Shown here in pieces: positions 33,201-45,200 of a stretch of 64,000 bases of DNA; position 1 is the stretch's first letter, and every line of letters begins with the position of its first letter. The notes under the pieces were generated by a model that was not told the origin of the DNA, did no database searches, and was given only the letters and a program-made list of their open reading frames with translations. The stretch is from Macrostomum lignano. Taxonomy: Eukaryota. The stretch spans positions 62,001-126,000 of the forward strand of contig NIVC01001367.1 of NCBI GenBank assembly GCA_002269645.1. Direction: 5' to 3'. The position numbers and the translations under genes are program-made.

Positions 33201-36200
33201 CATCAGTTGTGTGTAGCCCATACTAATTATGATTATTATTTGTTGGTGCTGGAAGAGCACTCCAGCTAATAGCCGCTGCATAGTAACCGATAAGCTCACT
33301 GCTCTAGCCACTGCTATCTCACAACCCTCGGCAATCCTCATTTTGAATTTCACAGCGCGAATCTGCGCCGGACGTGAGCGGCAGCTTCAACGGCAGCAGC
33401 AGCCTGGGCTCGATTCCCGGCCGAGTGCCCGCGGGCGGAGCAGCCGCCGGAGGTCGGCGAATGCCGCGAATGAGCACCCTGGACCAGACCTCCTCGATGA
33501 TGACCCGGTCCGCCATCGAGGAGGAAGACGAGAGTGAGTCTCTGCAGTCAGTTTGAATCAGGCGCATTCAAATTGCTTTGTTACAATGCATTAAACCCGG
33601 AAATTGTTAGCGAAATTTCTTAGAAACGCTTTTAAATTTTGCAGTGTGAATTTTATCCAGTCCAGCTTCTGAAGCACGTATCCGGGTTGAAAGACTCGAG
33701 TTGTCAAATTAAAGTTTCAGGAAATGCTTTTGGAAATCTTTAACAACTTCATCCATCCGATTGGATTCAACCAGCCAAAGAAATGCTGAGTGAAACACAG
33801 GGGGGGGGGTACGAAGGGGGAATCATCTTGCCAGAGCTTTTTGTCCTTTTTTACACGATCGAATTCCCGCCCGCACTCAAACCGGAAGTCACTAAAGACT
33901 GGGTTGACTGCGAGTTCCTGCCGGAAGTTGCCGGGGCCGTCGGGCTGCCGTCGAGCCCTCCCAGCCCGGAGCCGCTGACTGGCAAGTGTGCTGCGGCTGT
34001 CAAGTCTTTCTTTGTCAACACGGTGGAGGCTGCAATGAATTACTGAGATTGCATTGGCTTTTGAGGTGGCGGCTGTTCTCAGTGTGTTAGGGACTTCGTG
34101 AGGTGGCGGGAAGCAATTAAAATAATTACTCTGCTAATTTTCTCCGCCGATGAGGTGATGGCACTTTGGTGCGTGCCGATCAGCGAGCTTGACTTGGGGG
34201 CTGATGGGGATTTCAAGAGCTGCCGAATTCGCCTGATCCCCGGGCCACCTCCCCCCCCTCAACCCGACTCTGCAGCCGGCGTGCCCTCAGTTGACCTCGG
34301 GTTGTCGGGCGGCAGCGGCCACCTGGGCGTCTCGCACAGTCTGTCAAGCTTCCCGGCCAGCGGTGAGCAGCAGCGCTGAAAGCCCCAAAATCCGCTCTGC
34401 CTGCCCTTCAAATGTGTCCGACTGTCCTGATTGCTCTGCCTGCCCCCCTCCCCGAATGTGTCCGACTGTCCTGATTGCTCTGCCTGCCCCCCCCCCGAAT
34501 GTGTCCGACTGTCCTGATTGCTCTGCCTGCCCCCCCCCCCGAATGTGTCCGACTGTCCTGATTGCTCTGCCTGCCCCCTCCCGAATGTGTCCGACTGTCC
34601 TGATTGCTCTGCCTGCCCCCCCCCCGAATGTGTCCGACTGTCCTGATTGCTCTGCCTGCCCCCCCCCGAATGTGTCCGACTGTCCTGATTGCTCTGCCTG
34701 CCCCCCTCCCCGAATGTGTCCGACTGTCCTGATTGCTCTGCCTGCCCCCCCCGAATGTGTCCGACTGTCCTGATTGCTCTGCCTGCCCCCTCCCCGAATG
34801 TGTCCGACTGTCCTGATTGCTCTGCCTGCCCCCCCCGAATGTGTCCGACTGTCCTGATTGCTCTGCCTGCCCCCGAATGTGTCCGACTGTCCTAATTGCT
34901 CTGCCTGCCCCCCCCGAATGTGTCCGACTGTCCTGATTGCTCTGCCTGCCCCCGAATGTGTCCGACTGTCCTGATTGCTCTGCCTGCCCCCCCCCCGAAT
35001 GTGTCCGACTGTCCTAATTGCTCTGCCTGCCCCCCCCCCCGAATGTGTCCGACTGTCCTGATTGCTCTGCCTGCCCCCCCGAATGTGTCCGACTGTCCTG
35101 ATTGCTCTGCCTGCCCCCCTCCCGAATGTGTCCGACTGTCCTGATTGCTCTGCCTGCCCCCGAATGTGTCCGACTGTCCTGATTGCTCTGCCTGCCCCGA
35201 ATGTGTCCGACTGTCCTGATTGCTCTGCCTGCCCCCCTCCCCGAATGTGTCCGACTGTCCTGATTGCTCTGCCTGCCCCCCCCCCCCGAATGTGTCCGAC
35301 TGTCCTGATTGCTCTGCCTGCCCCCCTCCCCGAATGTGTCCGACTGTCCTGATTGCTCTGCCTGCCCCCCCGAATGTGTCCGACTGTCCTGATTGCTCTG
35401 CCTGCCCCCGAATGTGTCCGACTGTCCTGATTGCTCTGCCTGCCCCCCCCCCCCCGAATGTGTCCGACTGTCCTGATTGCTCTGCCTGCCCCCGAATGTG
35501 TCCGACTGTCCTGATTGCTCTGCCTGCCCCCCCGAATGTGTCCGACTGTCCTAATTGCTCTGCCTGCCCCCTCCCCGAATGTGTCCGACTGTCCTGATTG
35601 CTCTGCCTGCCCCCCTCCCCGAATGTGTCCGACTGTCCTGATTGCTCTGCCTGCCCCCGAATGTGTCCGACTGTCCTGATTGCTCTGCCTGCCCCCCCCG
35701 AATGTGTCCGACTGTCCTGATTGCTCTGCCTGCCCCCTCCCCGAATGTGTCCGACTGTCCTGATTGCTCTGCCTGCCCCCGAATGTGTCCGACTGTCCTG
35801 ATTGCTCTGCCTGCCCCCGAATGTGTCCGACTGTCCTGATTGCTCTGCCTGCCCCCGAATGTGTCCGACTGTCCTGATTGCTCTGCCTGCCCCCCCCCCG
35901 AATGTGTCCGACTGTCCTGATTGCTCTGCCTGCCCCCCCCCCGAATGTGTCCGACTGTCCTGATTGCTCTGCCTGCCCCCTCCCCGAATGTGTCCGACTG
36001 TCCTAATTGCTCTGCCTGCCCCCCCCGAATGTGTCCGACTGTCCTGATTGCTCTGCCTGCCCTCTAAATGTGTCCGATTGTCCTGATTGCTCTGCCTGCC
36101 CCCCCCCGAATGTGTCCGACTGTCCTGATTGCTCTGCCTGCCCCCGAATGTGTCCGACTGTCCTGATTGCTCTGCCTGCCCCCCTCCCCGAATGTGTCCG

Positions 36201-39200
36201 ACTGTCCTGATTGCTCTGCCTGCCCCCCCCCCGAATGTGTCCGACTGTCCTGATTGCTCTGCCTGCCCCCCTCCCGAATGTGTCCGACTGTCCTAATTGC
36301 TCTGCCTGCCCCCCCCCCCCGAATGTGTCCGACTGTCCTGATTGCTCTGCCTGCCCCCGAATGTGTCCGACTGTCCTGATTGCTCTGCCTGCCCCCCCGA
36401 ATGTGTCCGACTGTCCTAATTGCTCTGCCTGCCCCCCCCCCGAATGTGTCCGACTGTCCTGATTGCTCTGCCTGCCCCCCTCCCCGAATGTGTCCGACTG
36501 TCCTGATTGCTCTGCCTGCCCCCGAATGTGTCCGACTGTCCTGATTGCTCTGCCTGCCCCCTCCCCGAATGTGTCCGACTGTCCTGATTGCTCTGCCTGC
36601 CCCCCCGAATGTGTCCGACTGTCCTGATTGCTCTGCCTGCCCCCCCCCCGAATGTGTCCGACTGTCCTAATTGCTCTGCCTGCCCCCCCCCCCGAATGTG
36701 TCCGACTGTCCTGATTGCTCTGCCTGCCCCCCCCGAATGTGTCCGACTGTCCTGATTGCTCTGCCTGCCCCCCCCCGAATGTGTCCGACTGTCCTGATTG
36801 CTCTGCCTGCCCCCCTCCCCGAATGTGTCCGACTGTCCTGATTGCTCTGCCTGCCCCCCCCCCGAATGTGTCCGACTGTCCTGATTGCTCTGCCTGCCCC
36901 CGAATGTGTCCGACTGTCCTGATTGCTCTGCCTGCCCCCCCCGAATGTGTCCGACTGTCCTAATTGCTCTGCCTGCCCCCCTCCCCGAATGTGTCCGACT
37001 GTCCTGATTGCTCTGCCTGCCCCCCTCCCCGAATGTGTCCGACTGTCCTGATTGCTCTGCCTGCCCCCGAATGTGTCCGACTGTCCTGATTGCTCTGCCT
37101 GCCCCCCTCCCCGAATGTGTCCGACTGTCCTGATTGCTCTGCCTGCCCCCCCCCCCGAATGTGTCCGACTGTCCTGATTGCTCTGCCTGCTCCCCGAATG
37201 TGTCCGACTGTCCTAATTGCTCTGCCTGCCCCCCCCCTCCGAATGTGTCCGACTGTCCTGATTGCTCTGCCTGCCCCCGAATGTGTCCGACTGTCCTGAT
37301 TGCTCTGCCCCCCCCCCCCGAATGTGTCCGACTGTCCTGATTGCTCTGCCTGCCCCCCCGAATGTGTCCGACTGTCCTGATTGCTCTGCCTGCCCCCGAA
37401 TGTGTCCGACTGTCCTGATTGCTCTGCCTGCCCCCCCCCCGAATGTGTCCGACTGTCCTGATTGCTCTGCCTGCCCCCCCCCCGAATGTGTCCGACTGTC
37501 CTGATTGCTCTGCCTGCCCCCCCCCCGAATGTGTCCGACTGTCCTAATTGCTCTGCCTGCCCCCCTCCCCGAATGTGTCCGACTGTCCTGATTGCTCTGC
37601 CTGCCCCCGAATGTGTCCGACTGTCCTGATTGCTCTGCCTGCCCCCGAATGTGTCCGACTGTCCTGATTGCTCTGCCTGCCCCCGAATGTGTCCGACTGT
37701 TCTGATTGCTCTGCCTGCCCCCCCCGAATGTGTCCGACTGTCCTGATTGCTCTGCCTGCCCCCCCCCTCCGAATGTGTCCGACTGTCCTGATTGCTCTGC
37801 CTGCCCCCGAATGTGTCCGACTGTCCTGATTGCTCTGCCCCCCCCGAATGTGTCCGACTGTCCTGATTGCTCTGCCTGCCCCCGAATGTGTCCGACTGTC
37901 CTGATTGCTCTGCCTGCCCTCCAAATGTGTCCGACTGTCCTGATTGCTCTGCCTGCCCTTCAAATGTGTCCGACTGTCCTGATTGCTCTGCCTGCCCCCC
38001 CCCCGAATGTGTCCGACTGTCCTGATTGCTCTGCCTGCCCCCCCTAATGTGTCCGACTGTCCTGATTGCTCTGCCTGCCCTTCAAATGTGTCCGACTGTC
38101 CTGATTGCTCTGCCTGCCCTTCAAATGTGTCCGACTGTCCTGATTGCTCTGCCTGCCCCCGAATGTGTCCGACTGTCCTGATTGCTCTGCCTGCCCTCCA
38201 AATGTGTCCGACTGTCCTGATTGCTCTGCCTGCCCCGAATGTGTCCGACTGTCCTGATTGCTCTGCCTGAATGTGTCCCCCTGATTGCTCTGCGAATGCT
38301 GGTTTTGGCTTTCATAGCAGTCCCCCCCCTGTTTGCTCACTGCTCAACCCCCGCACCCAAAGCGCTCAACTTGCGCGCTGAAGGACGGCTCGCATGGGAA
38401 AAGAAAAGAAAGGATTAGGAAGGACGTGGAAGGGCAAAGACCGTCATAAAAAAAGTGCAGAGAGGGGGGTGGGGAAGCAGGGCTGAGCAGAGAGGCGGTC
38501 TGTTCCGCGGCGTAAACAAGCCAGCTTTTGCCCTGCCAGCCCAAAGTCTCAAAAAGGAAAAGAGGGGGGCGATCTCAGCTTTTGTCGGGCAGACAACGAG
38601 GCAGAGGGCTGGCGGGGTCGCACCTGTCCCCTGTACAGCAGGACAGAGCCGCAGTCTTGATGAACCAATTAGGCCAAAGCATTGAACCAGCCGAGCCCCA
38701 CCTTCCGCGCGCTGGCCTCCCATCATCAATTGAAGAGTTGAGCAGCTTTCGTGCTCAGCTCTGCACATTGTCGCCCACGTGTGCCCGATTAATCCGTTGA
38801 TTGCACGCGCCAACTCTTTGATCATAAAACTTACTCTCTTTCTTACTTTTGGTTTGCTGTGCTTTTATTCAACTTAATTCGGCTTGCATGCTGTGCTAGG
38901 CTATTTTTAGCAACACGATCGCCGCTAGAAGTGCAAAATCTACTGACTAAGGCGGATTTGGCTGAGCCGGTTGCTGGCTGATTCCCCTGCCTGAGTTGGA
39001 CAGGAAATGAGGATTTCTGAGACGACACCCGTTGAGCATTCGGTTCCGCTTTCGCAATCCCACACGGCTTCAAATATTAGCGATGAGAAACTTGTTGTAT
39101 TTGAGACCAATTAGTTCAAGAGCTTTTGAAGCTTTTTACGGCGAGCCTCACTCGCGATTGCAGAGCCGGAGATGATTTTATGGGAAGGACCGCCCTGTTT

Positions 39201-42200
39201 CTTAGAAAAGTTCCCTGCCGAGATGGGAAAGTATCAATTTGTCAACACAAACTGTTTCTTAGAAAGTTCCCTGCCGAGATGGGAAAGTATCAATTTGTCA
39301 ACACAAACTGTTTCTTAGAAAGTCCCCTGCCGAAATGGGAAAGTATCAATTTGTCAACACAAACTGTTTCTTAGAAAGTTCCCTGCCGAAATGGGAAAGT
39401 ATCAATTTGTCAACACAAACTGTTTCTTAGAAAGTTCCCTGCCGAGATGGGAAAGTATCAATTTGTCAACACAAACTGTTTCTTAGAAAGTTCCCTGCCG
39501 AAATGGGAAAGTATCAATTTGTCAACACAAACTGTTTCTTAGAAAGTTCCCTGCCGAGATGGGAAAGTATCAATTTGTCAACACAAACTGTTTCTTAGAA
39601 AGTTCCCTGCCGAAATGGGAAAGTATCAATTTGTCAACACAAACTGTTTCTTAGAAAAGTTCCCTGCCGAGATGGGAAAGTATCAATTTGTCAACACAAA
39701 CTGTTTCTTAGAAAAGTTCCCTGCCGAGATGGGAAAGTATCAATTTGTCAACACAAACTGTTTCTTAGAAAAGTTCCCTGCCGAGATGGGAAAGTATCAA
39801 TTTGTCAACACAAACTGTTTCTTAGAAAGTTCCCTGCCGAGATGGGAAAGTATCAATTTGTCAACACAAACTGTTTCTTAGAAAGTTCCCTGCCGAGATG
39901 GGAAAGTATCAATTTGTCAACACAAACTGTTTCTTAGAAAGTTCCCTGCCGAGATGGGAAAGTATCAATTTGTCAACACAAAGTAATGCTTTCACTGGAA
40001 GCAGATGTGAAGCAGTTGAGATGAGCCGGAAACAAATCAAATCAAATCTAGATCAAATTTAGATGCGATGGCTCTGGCCTCTCCGCACCCTGCAGCCAGC
40101 CGCTGCTACAGGCGGCTCCCATCCCCGCATCCCCGCAGACCACTCCGGAAGCAACGGGGTGCCGCCCGTCATCCGCAAGGTGCAAGACGCCGCCGCCGGC
40201 TTTGGCAGCCGCCTCGGCCTGTCGCTTTCGCAGAGCTTCACCAGCGGCGTCGCCCGCACCGGCGGCGGCCGTCGGTCTGGCGGCCTCGACGACGACGAGG
40301 ACCTCGATGATGAGGATTCCGGCGGCTCTGACGCTGAGGCCTTCAACTACGACAGTCTGGTGGACGAGTCGCCAAAGCGGCGAGCCGCCTACGCTGGCGG
40401 CGGCAGCGGCAGCGGTGGCGCTCAGGCCCTACAGGCTGGGGCCAACGGCGGCAGCGGGAAGCCGCGCAGCGAGGACTCCGGGATCGACAGCAGCAACAAG
40501 GACGCCAGGAACTTGCTGTTAGTACTGATTTGCTGCGGGAGCCCCCTGTCAGTGCCCCCCTCTGTCCTGCGGGAGCCCCCTGCCAGTGCCCCCCTCTGAC
40601 CTGCGGGAGCCCCCTGTCAGTGCCCCCCTCTGACCTGCCGGAGCCCCCTGTCAGTGCCCCCCTCTGACCTGCGGGAGCCCCCTGTCAGTGCCCCCCTCTG
40701 ACCTGCGGGAGCCCCCTGTCAGTGCCCCCCTCTGACCTGCGGGAGCCCCCTGTCAGTGCCCCCCTCTGACCTGCGGGAGCCCCCTGTTAGTGCCCCCCTC
40801 TGACCTGCGGGAGCCCCCTGTCAGTGCCCCCTCTGACCTGCGGGAGCCCCTGTCAGTGCCCCCTCTGACCTGCGGGAGCCCCCTGTCAGTGCCCCCTCTG
40901 ACCTGCGGGAGCCCCCTGTCAGTGCCCCCCTCTGACCTGCGGGAGCCCCCTGTCAGTGCCCCCTCTGACCTGCGGGAGCCCCCTGTCAGTGCCCCCCTCT
41001 GACCTGCGGGAGCCCCCTGTTAGTGCCCCCCTCTGACCTGCGGGAGCCCCCTGTCAGTGCCCCCCTCTGACCTGCGGGAGCCCCCTGTCAGTGCCCCCCT
41101 CTGACCTGCGGGAGCCCCCTGTCAGTGCCCCCTCTGACCTGCGGGAGCCCCCTGTCAGTGCCCCCCTCTGACCTGCGGGAGCCCCCTGTCAGTGCCCCCT
41201 CTGACCTGCGAGAGCCTCCTGTCAGTGCCCCCCTCTGACCTGCGAGAGCCTCCTGTCAGTGCCCCCTCTGACCTGCGTGAGCCCCCTGTCAGTGCCCCCT
41301 CTGACCTGCGAGAGCCTCCTGTCAGTGCCCCCCTCTGACCTGCGAGAGCCCCCTGTCAGTGCCCCCTCTGACCTGCGAGAGCCCCCTGTCATTGCCCCTC
41401 CCCGCAGACAAATCTGACAGGAAATCAGGGACTTGCAAAGCCGCTTTCCCAAGGCCGATTTCTCCAAAGTTTACTGAGTAATTCCCTCCGGTAGGGTGGG
41501 GGGGGGGCAGATTCGCTTGTCCAGGAACTGGCTCAGCCGTCTGCAGACAGCAGGAGTGCCTCGGCACTGCAGTGCAGAATTCAGCCAGACCTGCACTGAC
41601 GCAGTTGTTTGCACAAGCAGAAATTTGTTCTGCGTCTGACTATTGAGCAGCAGACGCGGCTGTCTTCCCAACGCTTCTTTTCCGTCTCAAAAGCTGTGCA
41701 GGCGATCCGTGAGGCGGTTGGGAGCCCCCAGCGTTTCTGAGCCCTGGTGGCCTGGTGGCAGCCGCTCAGCTGAGAGTTTTGAAATTTGGCTGCGCTGCTG
41801 TTTTGGGTGCAACGAGTGCGCGACTGGCGCGCTGGCATTGCAAATCTCATTGAGAATCTCATTGCAAATCTTATTGAGAATCTCATTGCAAATCTCATTG
41901 TAAATCTCATTAGGAATCTCATTGCAAATCTTATTGGGAATCTCATTGGGAATCTCATTGGGAATCTGATTGGAAATCTGATTGGGAATCTCATTAGGAA
42001 TCTCATTGTAAATCTCATTAGGAATCTCATTGCAAATCTCATTGGGAATCTCATTGCAAATCTCATTAGGAATCTCATTGCAAATCTCATTGGGAATCTC
42101 ATTGCAAATCTCGTTGACAATCTCATTGGGAATCTCATTGGGAATCTCATTGCAAATCTCATTAGGAATCTCATTGGAAATCTTATTGGGAATCTCATTG

Positions 42201-45200
42201 GAAATCTCATTGCAAATCTTATTACAAATCTCATTAGGAATCTCATTGCAAATCTTATTGAGAATCTCATTGGGAATCTCATTGGGAATCTCATTGCAAA
42301 TCTCATTAGGAATCTCATTGGAAATCTTATTGGGAATCTCATTGGGAATCTCATTGCAAATCTTATTGAGAATCTCATTGGGAATATCAAGAATCTCATT
42401 GGAAAACACATTAAAAATCTCATTGCAAATCTTATTGAGAATCTCATTGGGAATCTCGTTGGGAATCTCATTGCAAATCTTATTGGGAATCTCATTGAGA
42501 ATCTCATTGGAAAACACATTACAAATCTCATAGCAAATCTTACTGAGAATCTCAATGTGAATCTCATTGGGAATCTCATTGAGAATCTCATTAACAATCT
42601 CATTGGGAATCTCATTGGGAATCTCATTGGGAATCTCATTAAGAATCTCATTGGGAATCTCATTGAGAATCTCATTGCAAATCTCATTAAGGATCTCATT
42701 GCAAATCTCATTGGCTTGGGCCGTCCCTTCTCAACCCTTTTGACTTCAGCAGCTCTCAGTCGGACGACTCGCTGCTGGACCCCAGTAACCGGGTGCACGA
42801 CCTGGAGCAGGAGCTCATGTGAGTGCTCGCCCTGCGGCTCTTTTTTTGTGGGAGATTTTCGATTTATTTATTATATCTTATCAGTTATAATATGAGTCGC
42901 AGGTACTATGAGGCCAAGTTAATCTTACTTTATTGCTGATAATTTATAATTTATAATCGAAGAAGTTCACCACGTAACTATTCGAAATTTTTAATAAAAA
43001 TTACAATTCGGTAATACTATTCCGAGATATATTGTATACGACTCTGGGACTATGAGACTCTGGGACTATGAGACTCTGGGACTATGAGACTCTGGGACTA
43101 TGAGACTATGGGACTATGAGAATCTAGGACTATGAGATTCTGGGACTGCGAGACTCTGGGACTATGAGACTCTGGGACTGTGAGACTCTGGGACTGTGAG
43201 ACTCTGGGACTGTGAGACTCTGGGACTATGAGACTCTGGGACTATGAGACTCTGGGACTATGAAACTCTGGGACTATGAGACTCTGGGACTATGAGACTC
43301 TGGGACTATGAGACTCTGGGACTATGAGACTCTGGGACTATGAGACTCTGGGACTATGAGACTCTGGGACTATGAGACTCTGGGACTATGAGACTCTGGG
43401 ACTATGAGACTCTGGACTATGAGACTCTGGGACTATGAGACTCTGGGACTATGAGACTCTGGGACTATGAGACTCTGGGACTATGAGACTCTGGGACTAT
43501 GAGACTCTGGGACTATGAGACTCTGGGACTATGAGACTCTGGGACTATGAGACTCTGGGACTATGAGACTCTGGGACTATGAGACTCTGGGACTATGAGA
43601 CTCTGGGACTATGAGACTCTGGGACTATGAGACTCTGGGACTATGAGACTCTGGGACTATGAGACTCTAGGACTATGAGACTCTGGGACTATGAGACTCT
43701 GGGACTATGAGACTCTGGGACTATGAGACTCTGGGACTATGAGACTCTGGGACTATGAGACTCTGGGACTATGAGACTCTGGGACTATGAGACTCTGGGA
43801 CTATGAGACTCTGGGACTATGAGACTCTGGGACTATGAGACTCTGGGACTATGAGACTCTGGGACTATGAGACTCTGGGACTATGAGACTCTGGGACTAT
43901 GAGACTCTGGGACTATGAGACTCTGGGACTATGAGACTCTGGGACTATGAGACTCTGGGACTATGAGACTCTGGGACTATGAGACTCTGGGACTATGAGA
44001 CTCTGGACTATGAGACTCTGGGACTATGAGACTCTGGGACTATGAGACTCTGGGACTATGAGACTCTGGGACTATGAGACTCTGGGACTATGAGACTCTG
44101 GGACTATGAGACTCTGAGACTATGAGACTCTGGGACTATGAGACTCTGAGACTATGAGACTCTGGGACTATGAGACTCTGGGACTATGAGACTCTGGGAC
44201 TATGAGACTCTGGGACTATGTATTCTGAGGCTCATATTCACTGATGCTTTCATTCCTCTTCCGCCTGTGGCTCCGCAGAAAGTGCAAGAAGGAGCTGGCC
44301 GAGCTGATGAATCGGGACACGGCGCTCAAGGAGGTGCTGAAAAAGCGCGATGCGCAGATTGCAGAGCTGGACATGAAGCTCAGCAGGTTAGAGCATCTTG
44401 AATCTGAGCACCAGGAGAAGGGGTAATCCGCCTTTCCTTACCGATTTTCCTTTTTTGTGTTTCTCACCTGTTCACCCATGCTAGCAGCCTGTTTAGCCAG
44501 TTCTGATGCCGCTATCGCACCCAGCTGCTGTGCAGCCTCCCCAGTCTGTGAATTGCATGCCGATTTTTGCTGTGTTTGAGAGGCCGGGGCGCCTCCCCCC
44601 CGCGCCTCTCTCTCTGCTCCCCGTTCCCGGCCACACTTGATAGACAGTTAGAGCTGAAGCCGCACAATGGGCGCCTCTTCCACGCTCGCTCCGCCGGTTG
44701 TTTGCTGTTCTAGCGCTGCCGACTCCGCCGCTGCTGCTCCCGCTGAGGCCGAAGCTGAGAAGCCTCGGGAGAAGCCGGGCGGAGCCGCCGCCACCGCCGC
44801 CGCGGGTGCGGACTCCGCCGTCCCGCAGCCGCACCTGTGGGAGCGGAGCGTCATCAGCAAGCTGCCAATCTACCAATACCTGCGCTACTTCGAGCGCTCC
44901 CGCTCGGCGGAAATTTCGCCAAACTTTCACCTGGACGCCGGCTTCAGAATCTTTCGGTACTTTCCTCCAGCAGCAAAATTCGGAAGCAGAGGCGAAAAAC
45001 TTCCTTGGAAACAGTTTCCTCCAAAATACGCCCTTGAAAATTTTCGGGGTCCTTAACTCGCGCCTCCCTGAATAACAGCTTACTGTCTCCGACCCGGTGG
45101 CGGTTCCTTGGTGACGTGGAAACTCGCTGCTTTCCTGTGGGTGGCGGTGCCGGTCAGACCATTCAGTCTGAGGGCTGAATGCTTAGCTTTTATCGAATAG

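Noticed and set aside
34405-38290. CRISPR-like constant core with variable spacer
   Set aside because: The spacers are only homopolymer C-runs, the context is a eukaryotic intron, and there are no cas genes.
41581-42895. Long ORFs of 276-405 aa (MRF/NLIG/NEIP repeats)
   Set aside because: Stop-free frames of a 12-bp satellite inside TBC intron 6; not coding.
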